From Acidobacteriota bacterium (GTDB lineage Bacteria > Actinomycetota > AC-67): 64,000 nucleotides of DNA. The DNA is taken from assembly GCA_016208485.1 (NCBI GenBank), contig JACQXY010000008.1, positions 568 through 64,567 on the forward strand, given 5' to 3'. A program made the position numbers and the translations under genes. Positions 9,506 through 21,400 of the stretch are shown here, piece after piece (position 1 is the first letter of the stretch; each line of letters starts with the position of its first letter). Under the pieces are notes generated by a model. That model was given only the letters and a program-made list of their open reading frames with translations, had not been told where the DNA came from and searched no databases.

Positions 9506-9724
9506 CCCTTGACCCGGCGGCGAACGTATCTTCTACTCAGCGCCTCCCTCCCCATTGCCCAAGGAGGCGTCCGTCGAGGCCTTGCGTGGCCGGAGGCCGG
9601 CGCGATCGCGACCGGGGTGATCGAAGCGCGAAGGCTTGCGGCCCACCCCTTCCGCGGGCCTCGGTGTCCCACACGCCGGTTCGTTACCGCCATGCCGGAG
9701 CCTCTGCTGTCCGCTGGCACCCTC

Positions 9725-10480
9725 CTATGGAGCTTTGGAAGGGTCCTGCGCGATCCCCCTGACGACCCACGCCGGGGGCGAAAAGCCGAGGATCAGCAGC
9801 GGTGCCGAACCGACCGCTACGAGTTGAAGCACGAGGTTGGCGGCCCGAACCATGCCCGCGCTGGATCCACCTGCCGAGATTCGCGTCGCGACCAGCGGGA
9901 CGATGATCACGCCGACAAACAGCAGGAGCGATCCGAAGCCGATGGACAACATGCGGAACCGAGCGCGCCCCCGCATCCGCCGCCCGTACACAAGGAACAG
10001 GACGCACAGGCTTCCGAATGCAACCGACAGCCAAGCGAATCCCTCAACCAGGGCCACCGTGTACGGGATCAGATTCCGGACTCCCTTGAACCTGACCAAC
10101 TCCGTGCTCACGAACGCATACTCGGGTTTCTCGACGGCAGCCAGCGCCAGGTTCAAGGCTGTTATCGCGGCCACCGAGGCCCGAACCCATCGCGGAAACG
10201 GGACGAAGTCGCCGAGGAACTGGAGGAAGTAATAGACGGAGAGAAGAAGCAGGATGCCCACGGCGGCGGACAGGCCTCTCGGCGGGATCAGCGCGCGTTG
10301 GCTGTAGACGGTCCCCGAAACGGCGTTGCCGACCTGCGCCAGTCCAAGCAGCCCGGTCGCGAGGGCAAGGTGCGCTCGAGGTCGTGCGCGATCTGCGATC
10401 CACGCTCTGACGCTGAGCGCTCCGACCAGGACGAACAAAGCAGACGCCAGGTGGTGCAGAACTTCGGTGGTCGCCCTCAA
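9725..10480 (-). CDS. hypothetical multi-pass membrane protein (about 7 TM)
   Basis: Alternating hydrophobic segments throughout the 251 aa ORF. Start uncertain. Confidence 0.65.
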   Translation of the reverse strand: MRATTEVLHHLASALFVLVGALSVRAWIADRARPRAHLALATGLLGLAQVGNAVSGTVYSQRALIPPRGLSAAVGILLLLSVYYFLQFLGDFVPFPRWVRASVAAITALNLALAAVEKPEYAFVSTELVRFKGVRNLIPYTVALVEGFAWLSVAFGSLCVLFLVYGRRMRGRARFRMLSIGFGSLLLFVGVIIVPLVATRISAGGSSAGMVRAANLVLQLVAVGSAPLLILGFSPPAWVVRGIAQDPSKAP

Positions 10481-10517
10481 TACGGCGCCCCCTGGTCGCC
10501 CCGGTGCACACCCCCTG

Positions 10518-10591
<74 letters not shown>

Positions 10592-10667
10592 GCGGATCTT
10601 GAGGCTACCAGACGCCCGCGCGCGCGCGCCTCCGACATCGCCGGCGGCCGGCCGGAACCCGGCCGGG

Positions 10668-11120
10668 CTACTCCGGCTCGGACAGCGAGACCTCGATGCC
10701 GCCGACGACGTCGGCGATCAGGTTGTAGAGGAACGCCGCGAACACCGTGACGGCGCTCCACACGACCGTGCCGAGCATGCCGACGAGGAAGAACCACTTG
10801 AACAACGCGCCGCCCGAGATCGTGACGTCCAGCTCCAGCGAGCGGAGCAGCTCCTCCAAGCCCTGGACCACCCTGAAGGCCTTCAGTATCGCGAAGATAA
10901 CCGCGAGCGCGAAGAGCACGATGAGCAGGAGGCAGAAGTAGAACACCAGAGAGAACTTGAGCACCGACCACGGGTCGATCTTGCGCACGACGACCCGCGC
11001 GCGGCGTGATCGGCGCGACGGCGCGCGGGTGCCCGCGGCGGCGACGTCCTGCCCTCCCGCGACCGGGCGGGGGCCGACCCTCGCCGAATCTCCCCCGGGC
11101 GGCTGCGCTCCGATGCTCAC
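10668..11120 (-). CDS. DUF3566 membrane protein
   Basis: RKIDPWSVLKFSL...AFLYNLIADVVGGIEVSL. Conserved actinobacterial gyrA neighbour. GGAGG before GTG. Confidence 0.9.
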   Translation of the reverse strand: MSIGAQPPGGDSARVGPRPVAGGQDVAAAGTRAPSRRSRRARVVVRKIDPWSVLKFSLVFYFCLLLIVLFALAVIFAILKAFRVVQGLEELLRSLELDVTISGGALFKWFFLVGMLGTVVWSAVTVFAAFLYNLIADVVGGIEVSLSEPE

Positions 11121-11199
11121 GTCCCCTCCGCGTCGTTCGGACATGTCCTTATATGCGGAGCGGGGGGGCGCTGACAACAACGCGGGGTTTTCCGGCTCC

Positions 11200-11631
11200 T
11201 CAGACGTCGAGGTACACCTCCGCGCGCCAGCCTTCTCCGGTGGGCTCCAGCCGCAGCCGGTGGTACGTCACGGCCTTCACGTACGGCCCGGCAGGCGCGA
11301 ACCCCGCGACGGTCAGCGCCTCGCCGGCGGCGCGCGCCGCGTGCGCGAGAGCCCCGGACTCCTCGCCGAGGTCGACGTCTACTCGGGCCCCGACAACGAA
11401 TGCCCCCGAGGTCTCGTTCAACCAGAGGCACTCCTCGAGGAACGCGACCAGCAGGGCCGGTCCATCCTGGGCTTCGACCGAGATCGTCCGCCCTCCGTCG
11501 GGCGGGGGCGGCGGGCCGCCGAACACGATCGCCGCGAGGCCGCGCGCCGCCTCGCTGAAGACCTCCGCGAGGTCGCGCCCACGGGCGGCCAGGCCGGCGT
11601 CGGCCGTGTGCGGCAGGATCTCGTAGGACAT
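11200..11631 (-). CDS. archease
   Basis: YEILPHTADAG N-terminus, VKAVTYH, C-terminal YLDV. Confidence 0.9.
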   Translation of the reverse strand: MSYEILPHTADAGLAARGRDLAEVFSEAARGLAAIVFGGPPPPPDGGRTISVEAQDGPALLVAFLEECLWLNETSGAFVVGARVDVDLGEESGALAHAARAAGEALTVAGFAPAGPYVKAVTYHRLRLEPTGEGWRAEVYLDV

Positions 11632-11654
11632 GCGCCCGCCGTGCCGGTGCGGCG

Positions 11655-14111
11655 TCAGCCCCCGTTCTCCTCCTCGCCGACGACGCGCGCGATGGCGGCC
11701 ACGGCGCTGTCCTCGGCGAGGCGCATGACCCGGACTCCGGAGGCGGCCCTGCCCTGGCGCGAGATGTCCTTGCAGGCCATCCGGATGACCACCCCGTCGG
11801 AGGAGATGAGGAAGACCTCGTGGCCCGGCCGGACGACCTCCGCCCCGGCGACGAAGCCGCGCCTCCCGGTGAGCCGGACGGCGCGTACCCCCAGTCCGCC
11901 GCGGTGCTTGATCTCGAAGCGATCCACCGGGGTCCGCTTTCCGAATCCCGCGTCGGTTACGGCGAGCAGCTCGCCGTTCGGGTCGGCGACGTCGAATGAC
12001 ACGACCGCGTCCTCGGCTCGGAGCTTCATGCCGATGACTCCCGAGGAGTCCCGGCCCATCGGGCGAACCTCGGACTCCTTGAAGTGGATCCCCTGCCCCT
12101 TGCGCGAGACCAGGATCAGCCGGTCGTCTCCCGAGGTCGCACGCACCCGGACCACCTCGTCGTCGGGGCGGAGCTTCACCGCGATGATCCCGTCGCGTCG
12201 CGAGGAGTCGTAGGCCTGGAACTCCGTCTTCTTCACGATCCCGCGCCGGGTCGCGATCACGAGGTAGCGGTGGATGTCGTAGCCGCGGGTGTCGATGACC
12301 GCCGCGATCGTCTCGTCGGCCGCGAGCGGGAGCAGGTTGCGGATCGAGATCCCGCGCGCCGTGCGGTCCTTCTCGGGGATCTCGTGAGCCTTGATCCGGT
12401 AGACCTTCCCTCGGTTGGAGAAGAACAGCACGAACGCATGGTTCGTCGTTGTGAGAAGGTGCTCCAGGATGTCGCCTTGCTTCGGCGCCGCGCCGCGCAC
12501 GCCGCGCCCGCCGCGCCCCTGCGTCCGGTAGACCGAGAGCGGCACTCGCTTCACGTAGCCCGAGAGCGAGATCGTGACGGCGACCTCGTCGTCGGGGACG
12601 AGGTCCTCGACGTCGATCTCGCCCTCGTCGGAGCGGATCTCGGTGCGCCGCGGCGTGCCGTACTTCTGCTTGACCTCGGCCAGCTCCTCCTTGACGATCG
12701 CGCGCACCTTGCCGGGATCGGCGAGGATCGCCCGGTACTCCTTGATCTTCTTCACCAGCTCACGGTGCTCGTCCTCGATCTTCTTGCGCTCGAGGGCCGC
12801 CAGGCGGCGGAGCTGCATGTCGAGGATCGCGTTCGCCTGGATCTCGCTCAGCTTGAACGTGGTCATGAGGCCGGCTCGCGCGGCGTCCACGTCGCGGGAG
12901 CCGCGGATGAGCTTGATCACCGCGTCGAGGTTCTCGAGCGCGATCAGCAGGCCCTGCAGGACGTGGTCCCGCTCCTCCGCCTTGCGCAGGCGGTAGCGCG
13001 TCCGCCGGTTGACGACCTCGATCTGGTGGGCGATGTAGACCTTGATCGCCTCGGTGAGCGGCAGCACGCGCGGGATCCCGTCGACGAGGGCCAGCGTGTT
13101 CACCCCGAAGCTGTCCTGGAGCTGGGTATGCTTGTAGATGTTGTTCAGTACCACCTGGGGAATGGCGTCGCGCTTTAGCTCGATCACCAGCCGCAGGCCG
13201 CGCCGGTTCGACTCGTTCCGGACGGCCTTCGCGCTCGGGGTGATCCCCGTGATCACCTTGCGGTCCACGAGGTCGGCGATCTTTGCGAGCACGCGGTCGC
13301 CGGAGACCATGTACGGCAGCTCGGTGACGACGATCTGGCTCTTGCCCGACCTCATCTCCTCGATCGTCGCGAGCCCACGCACCTTGATCGAGCCGCGCCC
13401 GGTGGTGAAGGCGTCGCGGATCCCGTCGCGCCCCATGATCATCCCGCCGCCGGGGAAGTCCGGTCCTTTCATGTGCTTCATCAGCCCCGCGACCGTGATG
13501 TCGGGATCGTCGATCGCCGCGATCACCGCGTCCACCGTCTCGCGCAGATTGTGCGGCGGGATGTTCGTCGCCATCCCGACCGCGATCCCGGAGGAGCCGT
13601 TCACCAGCAAGTTCGGGAAGCGCCCCGGGAGCACGAGCGGCTCGGTCTCCTCGCCGTCGTAGTTCGGGACGAAGTCCACGGTCTCCTCGTCGATGTCGCG
13701 GAGCAGCTCCATCGCGAGCGGCGAGAGCCGGCATTCGGTATAGCGCGCGGCCGCCGGCGGGTCCCCGTCGACCGAGCCGAAGTTCCCGTGCCCCTGCACG
13801 AGAGGCGCGCGCATCGCGAAGTCCTGGGCCATGCGCGCGAGCGCGTCGTAGATCGCCTGATCGCCGTGCGGGTGGTACTTGCCCATCACGTCGCCGACGA
13901 CGCGCGCGCTCTTCTTGAAGGGCGTCCCCGGCCGCACGCCCTGCATGTTCATGCCGTGCATGATCCGCCGGTGCACGGGCTTCAGGCCGTCGCGCGCGTC
14001 GGGCAACGCTCGCCCGACGATCACCGACATCGCGTAGTCGAGGTAGGAGCGCTTGACCTCGACCTCGATGTCGACGGCCTCGATGTGAGGCTCGAGCGGG
14101 ACCTGACTCAC
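11655..14111 (-). CDS. gyrA: DNA gyrase subunit A
   Basis: [28 protein letters not shown], GyrA-box QGRGGRG, C-terminal pinwheel repeats. Confidence 0.97.
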   Translation of the reverse strand: MSQVPLEPHIEAVDIEVEVKRSYLDYAMSVIVGRALPDARDGLKPVHRRIMHGMNMQGVRPGTPFKKSARVVGDVMGKYHPHGDQAIYDALARMAQDFAMRAPLVQGHGNFGSVDGDPPAAARYTECRLSPLAMELLRDIDEETVDFVPNYDGEETEPLVLPGRFPNLLVNGSSGIAVGMATNIPPHNLRETVDAVIAAIDDPDITVAGLMKHMKGPDFPGGGMIMGRDGIRDAFTTGRGSIKVRGLATIEEMRSGKSQIVVTELPYMVSGDRVLAKIADLVDRKVITGITPSAKAVRNESNRRGLRLVIELKRDAIPQVVLNNIYKHTQLQDSFGVNTLALVDGIPRVLPLTEAIKVYIAHQIEVVNRRTRYRLRKAEERDHVLQGLLIALENLDAVIKLIRGSRDVDAARAGLMTTFKLSEIQANAILDMQLRRLAALERKKIEDEHRELVKKIKEYRAILADPGKVRAIVKEELAEVKQKYGTPRRTEIRSDEGEIDVEDLVPDDEVAVTISLSGYVKRVPLSVYRTQGRGGRGVRGAAPKQGDILEHLLTTTNHAFVLFFSNRGKVYRIKAHEIPEKDRTARGISIRNLLPLAADETIAAVIDTRGYDIHRYLVIATRRGIVKKTEFQAYDSSRRDGIIAVKLRPDDEVVRVRATSGDDRLILVSRKGQGIHFKESEVRPMGRDSSGVIGMKLRAEDAVVSFDVADPNGELLAVTDAGFGKRTPVDRFEIKHRGGLGVRAVRLTGRRGFVAGAEVVRPGHEVFLISSDGVVIRMACKDISRQGRAASGVRVMRLAEDSAVAAIARVVGEEENGG

Positions 14112-14121
14112 CCCGGACCCC

Positions 14122-16167
<2,046 letters not shown>

Positions 16168-16230
16168 TCAAGCGCGCCGTTTGTCGCTCTCGGAGCGAGC
16201 GCGCCGGCCGGCGGACGCGGCAGCGGTTGC

Positions 16231-16548
16231 TCAGGGTCTCCCGCGCGCCTCGCCGGCCACGATCTTCACCTCTCGCACGACCCCGCCCCCGAGGTGCGCG
16301 TCGATCCGGCCGGCGAGCGACCGCGCAAGGAGCGACAGCTCGGTCGCCCAGGCCCCGCTCTCCGCGCGCAACGTGAGGACGCCGCGCACGAGCTTGAGCG
16401 GCTCGCTGTGCGCCGCGACCTGCTCGCCCACCACGGCCGCCCACTCGTCGCGCAGGCGTCCCGCCGCAAGCCGCTCTCCCCACCCTCGCCCTGCCACGAG
16501 CGTCTCGAGCAGCTCGCGGAGCGCCTTCGGCTCTCCTTCACGCGCCAA
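16231..16548 (-). CDS. dciA: DciA / DUF721 protein
   Basis: WAAVVGEQVAAHSEP...GVLTLRAESGAWATEL. Located between recF and gyrB. Confidence 0.85.
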   Translation of the reverse strand: MAREGEPKALRELLETLVAGRGWGERLAAGRLRDEWAAVVGEQVAAHSEPLKLVRGVLTLRAESGAWATELSLLARSLAGRIDAHLGGGVVREVKIVAGEARGRP

Positions 16549-17647
16549 GGACCTCGCCCTCCCGCACGAGCAGCGTGCCCCCCCCGAAGGTCTCGGGGAT
16601 CTCGCCGGGGTCGGCCGCCGTCACGATCGCCTGGGCGCCCGCCGGCAGCGCCCCGGCGAGTCGCTCTCTCCGCGCCGGGTCGAGCGGGGTGAACGGGTCG
16701 TCGAGGAGAAGCACCGGCTCGTCGGCGAAGGCCTCCGCGATCGCGGCGGCCGCGCCGAGCACCAGCGCCACCGCGATCAACCATCCCTCGCCGAAGGAGG
16801 AGTGCGTGCGCGCCACCATCCCGTCCATCGTGATCGCCACCTCGTCGCGGTGAGGACCGACGAGCGAGGCCCCGCGCGCAAGCTCGTCGCCGCGCCGCTC
16901 CCCGAGGCGACGGCGCATCGCCTCCGCCCACTCGGCGGCTCCCGCGCGGCCGGCCGGCACCGGCACGTTCGGTTCGTAGGCCACCGCCAGCTCCCCTTGC
17001 CCGCCCGCCGCCGCCCACGCCTCCGCGGCGCGCGGTGCAAGCCGGCGCGCGACGTCTGCGCGCCCGGCGAGCAGCTCCGAGCCAGCGGAGACGAGCGCTT
17101 CGTCCCAAGCCTCCAATCCGGCCGGGGGCCGGCTCGCGCCGGCGGCGTCCCTGAGCAGCGCGGTGCGCTGGCGCAGCGCCCGCTCGTAGTCGCGCGAGAC
17201 CGCGTGATACCGAGGATGAAGCTGCACGAGCAGCTCGTCGGCGAACCTCCGGCGAGCCGCCGGATCGCCCCTCACGATCTCCACTCTCTCCGGGGAGAAC
17301 ACCTGCGCGCGGAGAGCCCCGAGCACGTCGCGCCGGCGCGGCACCGAGGCCCCGCCCCGGCGAGCCCGGGCGCGTCCCCGCGCGACGATCTCGACCTCCA
17401 CGCGCTCGCGGCGCCCCGCCTGCGAGATGTCCGCGCGCACGACGGCGCTCGCGGCGCCCCGGCGCAGGAGGGCCGAGTCGCTGGAGGACCGGTGGGACGA
17501 GAGCGACGCCACGTACCAGGCCGCCTCCAGGATCGAAGTCTTCCCGCACCCGTTCGGGCCGACCAGCGCGGTGCGCTCGCGGGGAAACGCCACGCGGAGC
17601 GACTCCCAGAAGCGGAACGAGACCAGCTCGAGGGCTTCCAGACGCAC
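16538..17647 (-). CDS. recF: DNA replication/repair protein RecF
   Basis: GPNGCGKTS Walker A, VGPHRDE, LLLDD Walker B. Confidence 0.95.
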   Translation of the reverse strand: MRLEALELVSFRFWESLRVAFPRERTALVGPNGCGKTSILEAAWYVASLSSHRSSSDSALLRRGAASAVVRADISQAGRRERVEVEIVARGRARARRGGASVPRRRDVLGALRAQVFSPERVEIVRGDPAARRRFADELLVQLHPRYHAVSRDYERALRQRTALLRDAAGASRPPAGLEAWDEALVSAGSELLAGRADVARRLAPRAAEAWAAAGGQGELAVAYEPNVPVPAGRAGAAEWAEAMRRRLGERRGDELARGASLVGPHRDEVAITMDGMVARTHSSFGEGWLIAVALVLGAAAAIAEAFADEPVLLLDDPFTPLDPARRERLAGALPAGAQAIVTAADPGEIPETFGGGTLLVREGEVLGA

Positions 17648-17656
17648 CGGGTGCGG

Positions 17657-18754
17657 CTACCCTCCCACGCGAATCGGCATCGCGAGGTACGTGAACCCCC
17701 CGGCGTCATCGGCGCCGCGGATGAGCACCGGTTTCTGGCCGTCCCGCACGGAGAGCACCACGTCGTTGCCCTCGACCGCCTGCACGCCGTCGAGCAGGTA
17801 CTGGGGGTTGAAGGAGACCGTCACCGGCTCACCTTCGTAGGTTCCCTCGACCCGCTCGGAGGCCTGTCCGATGTCTTGGGTGCCGGCCGCGAGCTGTACC
17901 CCTTCGGCGCTCAGCTCGACTCTCACCGGAGACCCGGACTGTGCGAGAATGCCGACACGCCGCACGGCCTCGATGAAATCGTCGCGCTTGACGCGGAGCC
18001 GGTTCGGGAGCTCGCCGGGCACGAGCTGACGCCAGTTCGGGAACTCCCCCTCGATGAGGCGGGTTCCCAGCCGTCTCCCGGACCCGGCGAACACCGCCTG
18101 CGACTCCCCGAGAAGGACCTGAAGCTCTCCCTCACCCTCCGCTCCGCGGGCCGCTTCCTGTAGGGCGCGCGCCGGAATTACGCGCCGGACCGGCTCACTC
18201 GGTCCCTTCCACGCGATCTCTCGAACCGCAAGCCGGTACGAGTCGGTCGCCACCAGCATGAGCTTGCCCGCATCCGCCTCTACCAGCGTCCCCGTGAGCA
18301 CGGGCCGCGCTTCGTCGCGCGAGGCCGCTCGCGTCACTTGCCCGACGGCCGTCTGGAACAGCGCGCGCTCGAGAGTCCCGCCGGGCGCTTGCGAGACGAA
18401 CTGCAGGGCCGGGATGTCCTCCACCGGAAGCAGCCGCAGCGCGAACTCCGCGGAACCGCAGGAGATCTTTGTCTCACTCGCTCCGGCCTCGATCCTCACC
18501 ACGCCCTGCGGCAACGAGCGCGCGATCTCGCCGAGCACTCTTCCCGGCACGACGGCGCGGCCGGGTTCCTCCACTCTTGCGCCCGCCGATGTCTCCCCCG
18601 AAAGCTCAAGGTCCGTCCCGGCCATCCGGAGGCCTTCCCCGCGTGCCTCGAGCAACAGCCCTCCGAGCGCGGGGAGCGTCGCGCGCGCGCTCACGCAGCG
18701 GAGAACCCAAGCGACCTGCTCGGCGAAAACGTCCTTCTCGATCGTGATCTTCAT
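17657..18754 (-). CDS. dnaN: DNA polymerase III beta clamp
   Basis: GTDLELS, VATDSYRL, FNPQYLLD, AMPIR. Confidence 0.96.
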   Translation of the reverse strand: MKITIEKDVFAEQVAWVLRCVSARATLPALGGLLLEARGEGLRMAGTDLELSGETSAGARVEEPGRAVVPGRVLGEIARSLPQGVVRIEAGASETKISCGSAEFALRLLPVEDIPALQFVSQAPGGTLERALFQTAVGQVTRAASRDEARPVLTGTLVEADAGKLMLVATDSYRLAVREIAWKGPSEPVRRVIPARALQEAARGAEGEGELQVLLGESQAVFAGSGRRLGTRLIEGEFPNWRQLVPGELPNRLRVKRDDFIEAVRRVGILAQSGSPVRVELSAEGVQLAAGTQDIGQASERVEGTYEGEPVTVSFNPQYLLDGVQAVEGNDVVLSVRDGQKPVLIRGADDAGGFTYLAMPIRVGG

Positions 18755-18891
18755 GCCTTCACCCCCAAGGACCGATCCTTCATCTAGAAGAAGTATTCAT
18801 GTGGGAATCGTAGTAGGTGGTGGGGACGCTGTGGAAAGGCCCTCCTCGCGCAGGCGGGAGGTGGTGGGGCGCTGGGGAAAGCATGTGGACC
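18755..18891. other. oriC (dnaA-dnaN intergenic part)
   Basis: DnaA-box-like TGTGGAAAG (18830-18838), TGGGGAAAG (18873-18881) and TGTGGACCT (18884-18892). TAGTAG DnaA-trio-like element (18811-18816). Locally AT-richer 18780-18810. Confidence 0.7.
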
Positions 18892-20268
18892 TCATCGGGA
18901 CGGCACCAGCTCCCCCGCCGCGCGACCCCGAATCCGCGCAGTCAGCTCCTGCACCTGTGAGTAAACGACGCGGCGTTCGCCCATCAGTCTCTTGATCTTT
19001 CCCTCCGCGTGCATGACCGTCGTGTGGTCCCTCCCGCCGAACACCTCACCGACCTTTGGGAGGGACAACGGGGTGAGCTCCCGGCACAAGTACATGGCAA
19101 CCTGGCGGGCGTGGACCAACTGGCGAACGCGGGACGGGCCACCGAGATCGTCGCGAGAGATCCCGAAGTAACCGGCGCACTCGGCGATGATCAGATCGGC
19201 CGGGATCTCGTCGGGCCCGTCGGGCGGGAGCAGCGGGCGGAGAACCTCCTGCGCCAGCTCCATCGTGAGCGGGAGCCTTGAGAGGGACGCGTAGGACACG
19301 ACCCGGATCAGCCGGCCCTCCAGCTCGCGGATGTTGTTCTGCACGCGCTCGGCGATGTAGGCGAGGACCTCGTCGGGGACCTGGAACCCCTCGGCCGCCG
19401 CCTTCTTTTGCAGGATCGCCACGCGCGTCTCCAGGTCGGGAGGCTGGACGTCGGTGATCAGGCCCCACTCAAAGCGGGTACGGAGCCGGTCCTCGAGGGG
19501 TGCGATCTCCTTTGGGGCCCTGTCCGAGGAGATCACGATCTGACGGCCATCGTTGTGGAGGGCGTTGAACGTGTGAAAGAACTCCTCCTGGGTCTGCTCG
19601 CCTCGGGCGAGGAACTGGATGTCGTCGACGAGCAGGAGATCGGCCTCTCGGTAGCGACGGCGAAAGGCTGGCATCCGCTCCTCGCGGACCCCCTGGATGA
19701 ACTCGTTCATGAACTGCTCGCTCGACACATATCGCACGACGGCGGTGGGGAACAGGAGGCGGACCTGGTGGCCGATCGCGTGCAACATGTGCGTCTTGCC
19801 GAGGCCGGCGCCGCCGTAGATGAACAGCGGGTTGTAGCTCCGGGCCGGTTGCTCGGCGACGGCGAGAGAGGCGGCGTGGGCGAACCGGTTGGACGGGCCG
19901 GTGACGAATGACTCAAACGTGTACTTAGGGTTGAGTGCGGGCGCCTCAGGGGATCGCGGAGGCGCCGGAGCAGGGCCGGGAGCGGGGGATTGCGGCTCCA
20001 ATGCCGTCTCTGAATCACCCGGCTCGAGGGCTGTGAACTCGAGTGACAAGGAGCGTCCCGCTGCGGCGCTGAGCGCTGCTGTCAGAAGCTCCCCATAGTG
20101 GGACTGCAGCCATTCCCTCGCAAAGGGCGACGGTGCCGCAAGGACGATGGAGTCGACCGACATACGTACCGGGCGTGTCCCCTCGATCCAGGCCCGAGCG
20201 CCGGGGGACGGCATCCGTCCCCGGACTTCCACGAGCGCCCTGGCCCAGAGATTCTCGGCCTCCTCCAT
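18892..20268 (-). CDS. dnaA: chromosomal replication initiator DnaA
   Basis: LNPKYTFESFVTG, YNPLFIYGGAGLGKTH, LLVDDIQF, GGRDHTTV. Confidence 0.98.
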   Translation of the reverse strand: MEEAENLWARALVEVRGRMPSPGARAWIEGTRPVRMSVDSIVLAAPSPFAREWLQSHYGELLTAALSAAAGRSLSLEFTALEPGDSETALEPQSPAPGPAPAPPRSPEAPALNPKYTFESFVTGPSNRFAHAASLAVAEQPARSYNPLFIYGGAGLGKTHMLHAIGHQVRLLFPTAVVRYVSSEQFMNEFIQGVREERMPAFRRRYREADLLLVDDIQFLARGEQTQEEFFHTFNALHNDGRQIVISSDRAPKEIAPLEDRLRTRFEWGLITDVQPPDLETRVAILQKKAAAEGFQVPDEVLAYIAERVQNNIRELEGRLIRVVSYASLSRLPLTMELAQEVLRPLLPPDGPDEIPADLIIAECAGYFGISRDDLGGPSRVRQLVHARQVAMYLCRELTPLSLPKVGEVFGGRDHTTVMHAEGKIKRLMGERRVVYSQVQELTARIRGRAAGELVPSR

Positions 20269-20280
20269 GGATCGGGCCTC

Positions 20281-20445
20281 CTGTCCACAGTTAGCGTCCA
20301 CAGGATGTGGAAAACATTCAACAAGCCTCCGGGGCTGCGCGTGGCACCGAGCAGAGGGAAGGCGAAAAGCTTCCAAAGCCCTCCGTTTCGGTGAAGCCCG
20401 GAGCGGCGAGCGGGCGGGAGTATAGCCACCGACCCCTGTGGATAC
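20281..20445. promoter_or_regulatory. DnaA boxes upstream of dnaA
   Basis: CTGTCCACA 20281-20289, GCGTCCACA 20294-20302, TGTGGAAAA 20306-20314, TGTGGATAC 20437-20445. Confidence 0.7.
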
Positions 20446-20510
20446 AAGAACGGGAACTTACTGGATCGGCGGGGTCCCGGAGGACGAAAGTCCAGCGTGC
20501 TGGCCCTTTC

Positions 20511-20540
20511 TTGACCTCGCTCTCCGCGGGCGCGTACACT
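20511..20540 (+). promoter_or_regulatory. rpmH promoter
   Basis: TTGACC, 18 nt spacer, TACACT. Confidence 0.65.
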
Positions 20541-20574
20541 GCGTCGGCCCAGGAAATGAGACGGAAGCCCTACT

Positions 20575-20709
20575 GTGAAGCGCACTTTCCAGCCCCATAC
20601 CCGTCGACGCAAGCGGACGCACGGCTTCCGCGCGCGCATGCGGACGCGCGCGGGCCGGCTCGTCCTGGCGCGCAGGCGGCGCAAGGGCCGCGCGCGTCTG
20701 ACGGTCTAG
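20575..20709 (+). CDS. rpmH: 50S ribosomal protein L34
   Basis: Not in the ORF track. [44 protein letters not shown]. Confidence 0.97.
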   Translation: MKRTFQPHTRRRKRTHGFRARMRTRAGRLVLARRRRKGRARLTV

Positions 20710-20771
20710 CCGGAGCGGAAGCGGCGCGAGCGCAAGTGCGCTCCCTGCCCGCGGGACGACGGGGACCTGCC

Positions 20772-21149
20772 GTGCGACGGGAGAACCGCATCACGTCGGG
20801 GCGCGAGTTCTCGGCCGTGATGGCGGGGGGCGTCCGCATCGCGGGGGAGTCGGTCGTCTGTTTCCTGAAGGCCGCAAGGGCTGGAGGAGAGGCACGCGTC
20901 GGGATAACCGCCAGCCGTAAGGTGGGGGGCGCGGTCGCCAGGAATCGTGCGAAACGCCTCCTGCGGGAGGCAGCGAGGCGGGCGCTGGTCCGGATGCCGG
21001 CTGGAAGCGAGGCCGTGTTGGTGGCAACGCAGGCTATCAATGGTAGGGCTTGCCAGTTCGTCTGTCGAGACGTTGAGACTACAGTGCAGAAGGCAGTCGA
21101 ACGCGCCGCGGCGCGCTCAGACGGCTCGGGGGTCATAGGATCATCATGA
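20772..21149 (+). CDS. rnpA: RNase P protein component
   Basis: RVGITASRKVGGAVARNRAKRLLRE. Confidence 0.93.
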   Translation: MRRENRITSGREFSAVMAGGVRIAGESVVCFLKAARAGGEARVGITASRKVGGAVARNRAKRLLREAARRALVRMPAGSEAVLVATQAINGRACQFVCRDVETTVQKAVERAAARSDGSGVIGSS

Positions 21150-21400
21150 GTGGACTACTTATCGCCATACTGCGCCTCTACCAGCTGTCGATCGGCAGAA
21201 CCCTCGGACAGCGGTGCCGCTTCTACCCGAGTTGCTCAAGCTACGCGATCGGCGCGATCCGGCTGAACGGCCCTCTTCTGGGGTCGGGGCAGGCCATGTG
21301 GCGGTTGGTTCGATGCGGACCATGGACGGCTGGTGGGGTGGACGACCCCTTGCAGGCGACGCGGCGGCGCCGTCTGCGACGTTTCGGGATGGGATCCTAG
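21146..21400 (+). CDS. yidD: membrane protein insertion efficiency factor
   Basis: CRFYPSCSSYA, RLVRCGPWTAGGVD. Confidence 0.93.
   Translation: MSGLLIAILRLYQLSIGRTLGQRCRFYPSCSSYAIGAIRLNGPLLGSGQAMWRLVRCGPWTAGGVDDPLQATRRRRLRRFGMGS

Noticed and set aside
9590-9650. Peptide IATGVIE resembling an ISKra4 transposase motif
   Set aside because: Only 7 aa with no convincing flanking similarity; could be chance.
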